Below are positions 9,873 to 19,080 of a stretch of 64,000 nt of DNA, piece by piece (position 1 is the stretch's first letter; each line of letters opens with the position of its first letter). The notes below the pieces were generated by a model. It did not search any database and was not told where the DNA came from. It saw only the letters and a program-made list of their open reading frames with translations. Source of the stretch: Clostridia bacterium (lineage in GTDB: Bacteria; Bacillota; Clostridia; UBA1381; UMGS1253); the NCBI GenBank assembly GCA_045546315.1, contig JAZQCN010000095.1, positions 39,342 to 103,341 on the forward strand, read 5' to 3'. The position numbers and the translations under genes were made by a program.

Positions 9873-12800
9873 ATGAGCGATTTTAATTTTGCAAAAGCCC
9901 TCGAAGGCTTTAACGGTGACGCTGCCCGCAACATCCTGTTTATAGGCGACAGCTTTGACTTTGAAAAGGACAAGCCGCTTCTGGATTTGAAATGGAATAC
10001 GGTTTTCTGCTTTTTGCAAGATGAAAGCAAGATTATGCAAGTGCAATTATATATGCAAAACGATTCGCGTCAGGTTAAACGCCTCGATAATCTGGACGAA
10101 GCAGAAAAAATAGCACACCAATTTGACTATCGCAACTTAAACTTCATCTCTCTTTGGGCGCAAAACAATCCGGATTTCATAAACGCAGTAAATGCGATTC
10201 GCTCCATTAAAAACTTTTGCGCAAAGGCCATCTGTCATTTCGGCTGCGCTTATTTTGTAGGTTATACGGAAAATTGCTGGTTTGAAAAGGCACAAATGTT
10301 TCCGTTGCTCACCGCTGTATACCCCGAGCTGCAAAGGGAAAACTGCATCATCATCGACCGTTGCAGTGCAGACAGCTTTGCAAATTTCAAAGCCACCCTC
10401 AGCAATGTTCACGAGTGCCGCTGCTTTTCCTTTATTGAGGAATCCTTAGCGGAAATGTGGTGCTCCGATGCCACGGCAAGCCAGGCAAGTCAGGATTGGG
10501 ACGACGACTATTTCGAGCCGGAGGAGACCCTCTCAAAGCATGTGCTGTTTATCAACAATAAAAGCATAGCCCTGGAAAAAAAGGAAATTCGGGACATCGC
10601 TTCCTTTGCAACGCTTCTTGACTATGAGGAGCTGACCCCTGCACCGACACCGAAGTATTTGCACCCTTCGTCCTTCGCTGCCTTTTTGAAAAACAACTCC
10701 AATTATCCGAAGTGGTACAGCTATGCCGAAAAATATGCGCTCGTTCGCAGCTACCAGAAGGACCTGACCGAAATTGTCACGAATTCTTTGCAGAATCCGT
10801 CCAATTTCGACTACCGACCGATTCTTTTGCACGGTCAGTCCGGTGCAGGTAAAAGCGTTGCGCTCGGGCAGCTTGCCTATGATATTTTCCACGAAAAGAA
10901 ATTCCCTGTAATCTATATCACAAATCCACAGGTTGCCTTCAGCCCGAAAGCACGCATCGGCACAGATGCACGGCGCCGTTTTGATGCACTGTCTCACTTA
11001 ATTAAAACACTGCAAAATGTCCACGGGGCAAAATCGACGCTGCTGATTTGGGACTGCTCCGGCTTTGAATACGAGCGCACCTGCTACCTCAATCTCTATT
11101 CGGCACTGCGCGAGGCCGGCTTAAATGTTACCTTAGTCGGCACCAACTACCAGCTTGCCGGAAACAATGCGCACCTCAAGGATTTTTATACCATCGAGGC
11201 ACCGATTCAGTTGAATCAGGACGAGCGCGCACAGTTCCGCTCGATTCTCAAAAACAAGGCCCGTTTGGACACCGAGGATATTGATGCTCTGTTTACACAC
11301 AGCACCGAAGACAGCTTCCTTGTAATTCTCTACAACATTTTCTGGGAGCTGCGCAATGATATCTCCCGCGGCATTTATGCGGAATTCCGCGAAACTGTCA
11401 AGGACATTTTACATGCGCCGACTGTCACAAACGAAGGTCTTTTCGGCGATATGTTCGTGCGTAATTTTGAAAAATTCAATGATTTTCTTGCCTCAATGAA
11501 TACCGAACAAAACGAGCAGGAAAAGCTTAAGGATTTCACAATTACCGCCGCAATGCTGACCTATTTTAATATGCCTATGTCCATCGATATGATTCACGGT
11601 CTGCTTGCTTCGGATATGGATATGCTTTTAAAGGTATTAAACGCGCCGATTTTCTCCAAGAGCGAGCAGGATGGCAATTACTACTACAAAATCCGCTCCC
11701 GCCTGGAGGCAGAGCTCCTTTTGCGTGCGCACAATCTGAACCCGAAAAGCGACAACAAAGAAAAGTATGTTGTCTGCCTTTGCCGCCTCCTTTACTTAAT
11801 CGAGCGGGAAAACTTCGGTTCTTATGCAGCAGATGAAGCCATTGAAAAAGTAACCCGCATTATCGCCGCTGTCGGTCCGAACAGCAAGCCTTCCGATGTA
11901 AGATGGAAAAACGAGGTGTTCTATGAATATGCGCCGTGTCTGATCAATGCCTTAGCTGCTGCCGGAAAAGCAACCGAGGACCCGCGCATTATAAACCAGG
12001 AGCTGACACTGACGCGTGAGCTGAAGGGCAAAGAAGCTTTATCGTGTTCCTATGAGGATTTCTACAGAATCTTAAGCGAAGCGCGTGACTATACTCCGGA
12101 TGCTGCAACAGACGATTTCTTCAGCACTTATACAAAAGAAGACTATAAACCGATTCTTTCCGATGTAAAAATTGAAGATGCAGACCGCTATTTGCGCAAT
12201 CCGGCAACCGACGATTACCATTTGAGCAGCTACTATGCACAAATTAAGGTCGAGCTGGCAAACTGTCTGCTTGCATTTGAAAAAGATCAGGAAAGAACAG
12301 ATGCGGACCGTCTGCACAGAGCGGAGCGCTTGTGTGAAGATGCGTTGCGTACACCGCATAAAACCAATGCACCGGCAACCTTAATCTGGTTGAAGGTACA
12401 CCTGCTCAGAGCAGAGCTTTCGAAGGATGAGCAAGAGAGCATCTTCCCCGAAACCATCGACAGAATTTCTTTCTTTACGCAAAAATATCCGGAGCTTGTG
12501 CACGGCGATAACAATTCCAGCTTTATCGGCGCTTGTGCAGACTTTTTCGAAGCGTTCAAGGAAAATGTCGATGTGGATTCGCTGGCAGAAAAGCTCCATA
12601 CCACGCCGACTGCCTCCATTTTGTATCTTTGCGCCTTCAGAGAGTGCATAGATGCCGGCATCATTTCCGTTGCGCCGCCGGATGCAGCCGAGCAGAAAAA
12701 GATCAACAAGAAAACCCCGCCGCCGATTGAATGGAAAGCACCGGAGAATCCGCAGCTTGCAGTCGATATCTATAACCGATTCTTCAACGAAAAATATTTC

Positions 12801-13364
12801 TCCGTCTTTAAAAATGATGTGAGATGCCTGAATCTGCAAATGCGCCTGTTCTGGGTTATGCACAACAAAGCACCGCTCAACATTTCCGGCGAAAAGCAAA
12901 AAACCACCTTCACGCAGGAGCAATGGAGCACGCTTATCAGCATCTGCGGCCTTGCAAAGATGCTCGATCCGTCGGCAAATACCTTCTATCTGCGCTTTGT
13001 GCTGGCATTGGCATACGCACAGTGCGATAATTTTGCCGACTATAATGCGGAAATTTCCAGAATCAAGGACGAAAGCACCTTCGACAGCTTTAACCTTCTG
13101 CCGTTCCCGAGATACATTCTTTGCCATCCGGACGGCACGCCGAAAAAATGCAAGGGTGTCGTAACGAAAGAGTGTAGTGGCTCTGACACCAGAGGCCGTA
13201 TGGATATCTATATGGAAGAAACAAATCTGTTCCTCCCGGATATATTCTACAACAAAAATAACCTTACATATACCCCTGCCAAGGGCGACACCGTAGAAGA
13301 CATTTGCCTCGGCTTCAGCCACAAGGGCTTATCTGCGCTGCACGATAAGGAGGATGCAAAATGA
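9873..13364 (+). CDS. Large STAND-type P-loop NTPase, SAMD9-like architecture (SIR2-like / NTPase / helical repeats / OB fold); putative antiviral sensor
   Basis: Walker A GQSGAGKS (aa 321-328), Walker B TLLIWD (aa 389-394), N-terminal LLDLKWNTVFCF, long helical region, beta-rich C-terminus ending ICLGFSHKGLSA; GGAGGAG RBS. Confidence 0.75.
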   Translation: MSDFNFAKALEGFNGDAARNILFIGDSFDFEKDKPLLDLKWNTVFCFLQDESKIMQVQLYMQNDSRQVKRLDNLDEAEKIAHQFDYRNLNFISLWAQNNPDFINAVNAIRSIKNFCAKAICHFGCAYFVGYTENCWFEKAQMFPLLTAVYPELQRENCIIIDRCSADSFANFKATLSNVHECRCFSFIEESLAEMWCSDATASQASQDWDDDYFEPEETLSKHVLFINNKSIALEKKEIRDIASFATLLDYEELTPAPTPKYLHPSSFAAFLKNNSNYPKWYSYAEKYALVRSYQKDLTEIVTNSLQNPSNFDYRPILLHGQSGAGKSVALGQLAYDIFHEKKFPVIYITNPQVAFSPKARIGTDARRRFDALSHLIKTLQNVHGAKSTLLIWDCSGFEYERTCYLNLYSALREAGLNVTLVGTNYQLAGNNAHLKDFYTIEAPIQLNQDERAQFRSILKNKARLDTEDIDALFTHSTEDSFLVILYNIFWELRNDISRGIYAEFRETVKDILHAPTVTNEGLFGDMFVRNFEKFNDFLASMNTEQNEQEKLKDFTITAAMLTYFNMPMSIDMIHGLLASDMDMLLKVLNAPIFSKSEQDGNYYYKIRSRLEAELLLRAHNLNPKSDNKEKYVVCLCRLLYLIERENFGSYAADEAIEKVTRIIAAVGPNSKPSDVRWKNEVFYEYAPCLINALAAAGKATEDPRIINQELTLTRELKGKEALSCSYEDFYRILSEARDYTPDAATDDFFSTYTKEDYKPILSDVKIEDADRYLRNPATDDYHLSSYYAQIKVELANCLLAFEKDQERTDADRLHRAERLCEDALRTPHKTNAPATLIWLKVHLLRAELSKDEQESIFPETIDRISFFTQKYPELVHGDNNSSFIGACADFFEAFKENVDVDSLAEKLHTTPTASILYLCAFRECIDAGIISVAPPDAAEQKKINKKTPPPIEWKAPENPQLAVDIYNRFFNEKYFSVFKNDVRCLNLQMRLFWVMHNKAPLNISGEKQKTTFTQEQWSTLISICGLAKMLDPSANTFYLRFVLALAYAQCDNFADYNAEISRIKDESTFDSFNLLPFPRYILCHPDGTPKKCKGVVTKECSGSDTRGRMDIYMEETNLFLPDIFYNKNNLTYTPAKGDTVEDICLGFSHKGLSALHDKEDAK

Positions 13365-14170
13365 TCACCTCCGCTGACTTTATTCCGGTTGTAAACAGCA
13401 TCAACGAAGCCTTCGCGGACTTCGAAGAGTATGCACGCAGCTTCATCTTTCTGGAATGGAATCCGCTGTTTAACGAAAGCGACACGCTGGAAAGCAAATT
13501 CTGGCGCGAATGCATCAACATACACATTCTCTTTCGCGAATGTATGCCGGGAGCATTATCCGGCGAGGACTATTCGCTCAAAAAAGCATTTTTCACTGCG
13601 CTTGGTTATCAGGATGCGGAGATACACGAGCTGAACAGCTTCTGTTTTCTTTTGCGTGAGTTACGCCTATACCGTTGCCATTTGCTGGACGGTAATATTC
13701 AAAGAACCGTAGCCAGACGCCAAAATATAGAGAAAAACTTCAGAGATATGGCGCTGACAGATGAGTGGCAGTTCCGTATGGACGAAGAGCAGTGGGAACT
13801 TACCTTCCGTCAGCTGTATGACACAGCCGCGTCTTTGCTTTACCAAATGGCAAAAAAAATCAAAGCCGTCCGTGACGAGCAGCGCGCGCAGGTGTTTGCA
13901 GCTTGGAAAACACTGTATGTAAGATGGTATGCGTCTTCGGAGATGTGCCGAACTTATTTACACAGCGGCTTTTGCGAGTATTACATTATGGAGGACAGAA
14001 TTTCCGATGTACCTTCGCAGGAAAAGCCGGCCCGAAGAGCTGACAAGGCAATGAGAAACGATGCTTTGAAGGAAAGAGCCAAAGCTGAATACGCAAATAT
14101 GACTGCGTATAAAACCTTTGAGCCTGCCCAGCTCAGCTTTGAAATTGTAAAGGCGGTTATGCGTAATTAA
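13361..14170 (+). CDS. Hypothetical helical protein with HEPN-like RxxxxH motif, coupled to the STAND gene
   Basis: ATGA overlap with the upstream stop, AGGAGG RBS; R102-L-Y-R-C-H107. Confidence 0.6.
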   Translation: MITSADFIPVVNSINEAFADFEEYARSFIFLEWNPLFNESDTLESKFWRECINIHILFRECMPGALSGEDYSLKKAFFTALGYQDAEIHELNSFCFLLRELRLYRCHLLDGNIQRTVARRQNIEKNFRDMALTDEWQFRMDEEQWELTFRQLYDTAASLLYQMAKKIKAVRDEQRAQVFAAWKTLYVRWYASSEMCRTYLHSGFCEYYIMEDRISDVPSQEKPARRADKAMRNDALKERAKAEYANMTAYKTFEPAQLSFEIVKAVMRN

Positions 14171-14176
14171 GAATAG

Positions 14177-14213
14177 CAAAAAAACAGGCGATGTTTTTTC
14201 ATCGCCTGTTTTT
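14177..14213. terminator. Bidirectional intrinsic terminator closing the STAND operon
   Basis: AAAAACAGGCGATG...CATCGCCTGTTTTT. Confidence 0.8.
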
Positions 14214-14901
14214 ATATCCAAAAGCCCAACAGCCACAGCGCCACCAAATGCACCGGGAAATAAATATAGAAAAAGTATTTCATCTTCAGTCTGCCGCGCG
14301 CACCGCTGTAGAGCATAAGCAGCGGAAGCGCCAGAAACGAAAAGGCTTGTATCGTGCCGTAGGTCACCGTTAAAAGCGCGAGCCCGACGCCGCAAAGTGC
14401 AAGCTGCTGCTTTTTGGTTTTCCCCAAATACACGCCGACCGGCAAAAGCACTCCCCAGAAGCCGTAGTCAATTGCAAAGTCTGTTCCGGAAAGCAATCGC
14501 GGTAACACCATCGTTAAAAACGCTGTTGCCGCAAGTAAAAAAGCAAACGGCAGCCACGAAAAAGCGCTGCGCTTTTTTATTGCATAATCCGCCATATAAA
14601 TCAGCCCGATGGATAGCGCAAAGGTGACCAAAATGCACTGATAAAGTGAATTTAGCGCGAAATAATAAAGAAGCTGCACCACAGCCGCGAGGGTGACAAT
14701 GCCCAAAAGGTAGCGCGTACGGTTTTTCGTATAGCGGCAGCCCTCCGCAATCATATAGGCAAACAGTGGCATTGCCACTCTGCCGATGATGCGCAAAAGC
14801 AAACACTGCGGAAACAACATCAAGCCGATATGGTCTGCCGTCATACAAATTGCCGCGATGATTTTCAATTGGTTTCCGCTCAGCCTTTGCAAACCGCTCA
14901 T
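14212..14901 (-). CDS. TraX family membrane protein (putative acyltransferase)
   Basis: LKIIAAICMTADHIG...IGRVAMPLFAYMIAEG...KYFFYIYFPVHL. Confidence 0.85.
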   Translation of the reverse strand: MSGLQRLSGNQLKIIAAICMTADHIGLMLFPQCLLLRIIGRVAMPLFAYMIAEGCRYTKNRTRYLLGIVTLAAVVQLLYYFALNSLYQCILVTFALSIGLIYMADYAIKKRSAFSWLPFAFLLAATAFLTMVLPRLLSGTDFAIDYGFWGVLLPVGVYLGKTKKQQLALCGVGLALLTVTYGTIQAFSFLALPLLMLYSGARGRLKMKYFFYIYFPVHLVALWLLGFWI

Positions 14902-15425
14902 CCCTTTACATAATGCACCAATTCCGCAATGGCGGCTCTGTCCGTAAAGTCGCCGCTCTCCTCACATAAGCGAATCAGCATTTTCTCCATTTCGTTCGGA
15001 TTTTCCTTCGCCGACATAATCTTTTTCAGCGTTTTTATCGCGGCCCTGTGCGGCAGCGACAGCTCATCTAAAATCATTTTACCCAAAAAGTTAAACACTT
15101 TAATCTTTTCCCGCATATGCGGCTTAAAGTTTTTCTCCATGACCATAACATCATAGTATTCGCGCACCTCCGGCGGTGTCAGCCCCGTTGTGTACACGAC
15201 AAGCTTTTTTCCCTCCAGCTTGTCAAAATTTTTCGTAATCAGATTCACGCCGGCTATCATTTCCGCATACAGACCGCCACCGTATACAATCGTGTCGTAG
15301 TCTTGCAAATCCGCTGGCTTTACCGCCTTTGCATCCACCACGCTGCAGCCGAGCTCTTCGGCAATCCACTCGGCATAGGTCTTTGTCGAGCCGTATTTTG
15401 ATTTGTAAATTACAATTGCGTTCAT
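14898..15425 (-). CDS. Flavodoxin-domain protein (HemG/Flavodoxin_5-like)
   Basis: IYKSKYGSTKTYAEWIA FMN loop; YGGGLYA. Confidence 0.85.
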   Translation of the reverse strand: MNAIVIYKSKYGSTKTYAEWIAEELGCSVVDAKAVKPADLQDYDTIVYGGGLYAEMIAGVNLITKNFDKLEGKKLVVYTTGLTPPEVREYYDVMVMEKNFKPHMREKIKVFNFLGKMILDELSLPHRAAIKTLKKIMSAKENPNEMEKMLIRLCEESGDFTDRAAIAELVHYVKG

Positions 15426-15646
15426 ATACTCACCTCTGTTTTATGCTTATGCTGTCTTTTTAAAATTTTGACCACGCGCGGTCGATTATAGCGCTGAATT
15501 ACGATAAACTGCCCATCAAAGAGCATTGCAAGCACTGCCGTCAGCGCAAAAATCCAAAGCTGACCCCAAAGCAAGCCGAACAAAAGGGTGCTTAGCGAAA
15601 TCACACAATACATAAATATTGCAGGGCCGCTCGGTTTTGTTTTCAT
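15422..15646 (-). CDS. Small two-TM membrane protein ending in a CrtO-like QRYNRPR motif
   Basis: Hydrophobic 74-aa ORF, AGGGG RBS, overlaps the next start. Confidence 0.6.
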   Translation of the reverse strand: MKTKPSGPAIFMYCVISLSTLLFGLLWGQLWIFALTAVLAMLFDGQFIVIQRYNRPRVVKILKRQHKHKTEVSI

Positions 15647-15659
15647 TTTTTGTCCCCTT

Positions 15660-17033
15660 TTATTCCCGGCACAATAGTGCCACTATTTCCACATGCACCG
15701 TATGCGGAAACATATCCACCGGCACAACGGTATCGATTTTGTATTCGCCGCTCTCGCACAGATATTTCAAGTCGCGCGCCAGCGTTGCCGGATTGCACGA
15801 AACATACACAACACGCTCCGGCTGCATATTTAAAATAATTTCAAGTGTTTTTTCGTCCGAGCCCTTACGCGGCGGGTCTAAAATCACAACATCAGCTCTC
15901 TCGCCCTGGCTGTAGAGATACTGAATACTTTTTTGCACATCGCCGCAATAAAAGGCGGCATTTTCTATGCCATTGCGCGCGGCGTTCTTTTTCGCATCCT
16001 TCACGGCGTCCTCGACAATTTCCACACCGATTACCTTACCGGCGCGCTTGGCGGCAAACAGAGAAATCGTACCGATACCGCAATAGAGGTCAAACACCGT
16101 ATCCGTTTTTTGAATATTTGCCATTTCAACGGCGGTTTCATAAAGCACCTGCGTCTGCACGGGATTTACCTGGAAGAAGCTGTGCGGCGAAATCTCAAAC
16201 GCCAAATCACCGATAGTATCACAAAGCGTCTCACTGCCCCACAGCACATCGTTATTTTTGCCGAGCACCAAATTGGTTTTGTCCGTATGAATATTGTGCT
16301 GAATGCTGACAAGCCCCTCTACGCCCTCGCGCAGAAGCGACACCAGCAGCTCCGGCTGCGGCAAAAACAGCGCATTTGCCACAACGACAACCATCACGCT
16401 GCCGTCCTTTGCCGTGCGCACAAATATATTACGAATTACCCCCGAATGTGTTTTTTCATCGTAAGGCTTTACCTTTGCACGGCGCATATATTCCTTCACG
16501 CAGCGCGCTGCCGCCATCGCAGCCTCGCTGCTGACACAGCAGTGCTCCGTTTCGACTAAATCGTGGCTGTGGCGGCGGTAAAAGCCGCAAACCGTTTTAC
16601 CGTCTTTATCCTTACCGACCGGCATTTGCGTTTTGTTACGGTACGCATACGGATTGTCCATTCCGCGCGTTTCCTCGACCGAAATCCCCTTAAAGCCGCC
16701 GAGACGCTCAAGTGCATCGGTCACCTGCTTTTGCTTCAGCTTCAGCTGTGTTTCATAATTTATATGCATAAAGTCACAGCCGCCGCACTTTTCAAACACG
16801 CCGCACACCGGTGCCACACGCGCAGGCGACGCCTTTAAAATTTGCTCCAATCGCCCGAAGCCATAGGTTTTATTGACCTTTACAATGCGCACGCGTGCCA
16901 AATCGCCTATTGCCGTTCGCGGTACAAACACGGCAAAGCCGTCAATACGGCATATGCCGTCCCCACCGGAGGACTGGTCTGTGATTTCCACTTCGAATAT
17001 ATCATTTTTCTGAATGCTGACGGTTTTTTCCAT
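15660..17033 (-). CDS. rlmD: 23S rRNA (uracil-1939-C5)-methyltransferase
   Basis: TRAM domain, C..CGGC Fe-S motif, FFQVN, DLYCGIG, LDPPRKG, YVSCNPATLARD, DMFPHT. Confidence 0.95.
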   Translation of the reverse strand: MEKTVSIQKNDIFEVEITDQSSGGDGICRIDGFAVFVPRTAIGDLARVRIVKVNKTYGFGRLEQILKASPARVAPVCGVFEKCGGCDFMHINYETQLKLKQKQVTDALERLGGFKGISVEETRGMDNPYAYRNKTQMPVGKDKDGKTVCGFYRRHSHDLVETEHCCVSSEAAMAAARCVKEYMRRAKVKPYDEKTHSGVIRNIFVRTAKDGSVMVVVVANALFLPQPELLVSLLREGVEGLVSIQHNIHTDKTNLVLGKNNDVLWGSETLCDTIGDLAFEISPHSFFQVNPVQTQVLYETAVEMANIQKTDTVFDLYCGIGTISLFAAKRAGKVIGVEIVEDAVKDAKKNAARNGIENAAFYCGDVQKSIQYLYSQGERADVVILDPPRKGSDEKTLEIILNMQPERVVYVSCNPATLARDLKYLCESGEYKIDTVVPVDMFPHTVHVEIVALLCRE

Positions 17034-17161
17034 ATGTGTTCTCCCTAAGCTTTTATACTAAACATTTTACCAAAAACCGCTCGTGTTGACAAGTGCTAAC
17101 TTGACGAAAACCTCCCTATATGCTAAACTAACAATATATGTAACAAAGGGAGCGTTAAATT

Positions 17162-18346
17162 ATGGATTTTATTTACTTAAAAGAATTCATGGACCATATG
17201 GCGCGTGAGCGTACACCGGGTTGTGCCGTACAGATTTATTTAGACGGCAAGCGCATATTTCGCTACGATTCCGGCTACGCAGATTTAGAGCACCAAACCC
17301 TGATTCGCGATACAAACTATTTCAACATTTATTCCTGCTCGAAGATTGCAACCTGTACTGCAGGTGCGCAGCTTTTAGAGCGCGGCAAAATTCTCCTGAC
17401 GGACCCGCTCTACGATTATATGCCGGAATTTCGCCATATGGCGGTCAAGCAGCCGGACGGCTCTATAACAGAAGCTAAAAACCCGATTACCGTCGGCGAT
17501 TTATTTTCGATGACCGCAGGCTTAACCTACAACACAAGCCTCCCCGCCTTCGACAAGGCACGCCAGCTGTCCGGCGGCAAAATGGATACCCTGACCGTAA
17601 TCCGTTGCCTTGCAGAAGAGCCGCTTGCCTTCGAGCCGGGCGAAAAATGGTGCTACAGTATGTGCCACGATGTGTTGGCAGGCTTGGTTGAAGTGGTCAG
17701 CGGGATGAAATTCCGCGATTATATGGATGCAAATCTCTTTGAGCCGCTGGATATGCGCCGCACAAAGTACCATGCGGACCAAACAGTTTTAAACAATATG
17801 GCAGAGCAATATCGCTTTGTGGCAGACGGCGAAGACACAGCAAATTTTAATTTGGTCGAGGCACAAAAGCACGGCAATGCAACAAGTGGTACATTTATCA
17901 ATGTCGGTAAGAATAGAAACCATGTTTTCGGTCCGGAATACGACAGCGGCGGCGCCGGCATTGTTACAACGGTCGGCGACTATGTTAAGCTGTTGGCGGC
18001 GCTTGCAGGCAACGGCCTCGGCTTAACGGGCGAGCGCATTCTCTCGCCGAATACCGTCGAGCTGATGAAAACCAACCGCTTAACCGAAAAGCAGCGCGAG
18101 ACTATGACCTGGAAGCAGCTTGCCGGCTACGGCTACGGTCTCGGCGTGCGCACCTTAATCGACAAAACCGTCGGCTCGGTCTGCAATTTAGGCGAATTTG
18201 GTTGGGGCGGCGCAGCCGGTGCAACCGCAATGATTGACTCGAGCATCCATCTTGCCGTATTCTTTGTGCAGCACTGCTTAAACCCGCGCGAGGAATGGTA
18301 TATGCCACGCCTCAGAAATATTGTTTACACCTGCCTCGGCAGATAA
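17162..18346 (+). CDS. Serine hydrolase, beta-lactamase-fold esterase family
   Basis: SCSK (SxxK), LFSMTAGL, FEPGEKWCYS, GWGGAAG. Confidence 0.85.
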   Translation: MDFIYLKEFMDHMARERTPGCAVQIYLDGKRIFRYDSGYADLEHQTLIRDTNYFNIYSCSKIATCTAGAQLLERGKILLTDPLYDYMPEFRHMAVKQPDGSITEAKNPITVGDLFSMTAGLTYNTSLPAFDKARQLSGGKMDTLTVIRCLAEEPLAFEPGEKWCYSMCHDVLAGLVEVVSGMKFRDYMDANLFEPLDMRRTKYHADQTVLNNMAEQYRFVADGEDTANFNLVEAQKHGNATSGTFINVGKNRNHVFGPEYDSGGAGIVTTVGDYVKLLAALAGNGLGLTGERILSPNTVELMKTNRLTEKQRETMTWKQLAGYGYGLGVRTLIDKTVGSVCNLGEFGWGGAAGATAMIDSSIHLAVFFVQHCLNPREEWYMPRLRNIVYTCLGR

Positions 18347-18385
18347 AAAAAGAGCTTCGAAGCACTTGACTTCGAAGCTCTTTTG
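18346..18385. terminator. Bidirectional intrinsic terminator
   Basis: AAAAGAGCTTCGAAG...CTTCGAAGCTCTTTT. Confidence 0.8.
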
Positions 18386-18389
18386 TTTT

Positions 18390-18617
18390 TTATTGTATCT
18401 CTCCTGCAAATTCAAAGCCGCAGCCCTCAACCGCCGCGCGCACAGCCTGTTCGTCAATCTTTGCAGCGGTTACGGTCACAGCGCCCTTTTCCAAATCGAC
18501 CTCCGCTTTTGTGCCCTTCAATTCTTCCAGCGCCTTCTTCACAGCCGCACTGCAACGCGGACAAGCCATACCCTCTACTTTAAATACTTTTGTTTCTTTT
18601 TTCCCGAAACCGAACAT
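18390..18617 (-). CDS. Heavy-metal-associated (HMA) chaperone, CopZ-like
   Basis: KVEGMACPRC (GMxCxxC); AAGGAG RBS. Confidence 0.9.
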   Translation of the reverse strand: MFGFGKKETKVFKVEGMACPRCSAAVKKALEELKGTKAEVDLEKGAVTVTAAKIDEQAVRAAVEGCGFEFAGEIQ

Positions 18618-18812
18618 AATCGAAAACACTCCTTCATAAAATTCTACTGTTATTTTACTCCTGTTTTTCGAAAAATTCAAGTATAAAACGCGCTTCCTTA
18701 TTACATTCTTTTTACATTCCGCTGTAAAACATTGACAGTTTTCCTGTTCATTGCTATACTTTTATATATATTTGTTATTATTGGGATTTTATCCTCAAAA
18801 GGGGGTATTTAT

Positions 18813-19079
18813 ATGAAACTGAAAGACGGTTTTTTGCTCAAAACTGTTGCAGGCAGCAAAATCGTAGTACCAATCGGCGAAGCAAGCGCTTCCTTTAACG
18901 GCGTAATCACGCTGTCCGGCAGCGCAGCATATCTTTGGGAAATCCTGCAAGCAGGCGCGACTGAGGAAGAGCTTTTAGAGGCTTTGCTTGTAGAGTATAA
19001 TGTAGAAAGAGACTACGCCGCTGCAGACTTAAAGCGCTTTATTGCAAAGCTGCAAAGCGCAGGTATGCTGGAAGAATAA
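18813..19079 (+). CDS. PqqD family protein (RiPP recognition element fold)
   Basis: ITLSGSAAYLWEIL...LLVEYNVERDYAAADLKRFIAKLQSAGMLE. Confidence 0.88.
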   Translation: MKLKDGFLLKTVAGSKIVVPIGEASASFNGVITLSGSAAYLWEILQAGATEEELLEALLVEYNVERDYAAADLKRFIAKLQSAGMLEE

Positions 19080-19080
19080 G

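Noticed and set aside
12381-13322. 313-aa minus-strand ORF inside the STAND gene
   Set aside because: Antisense to a strong coding frame, with no RBS or motif recognised; likely a codon-bias shadow.
14212-14901. TraX as evidence of a conjugative element
   Set aside because: TraX-family genes are common stand-alone chromosomal genes; no relaxase, T4SS or integrase in the window.
15660-15720. rlmD 3' end as integration site for the STAND operon
   Set aside because: It is a known hotspot, but I saw no duplicated rlmD tail or recombinase flanking 9.7-15.6 kb.
17162-18346. Beta-lactam resistance gene
   Set aside because: No signal peptide; YSM and WGG replace YxN and KTG, which fits a cytoplasmic esterase-type serine hydrolase.
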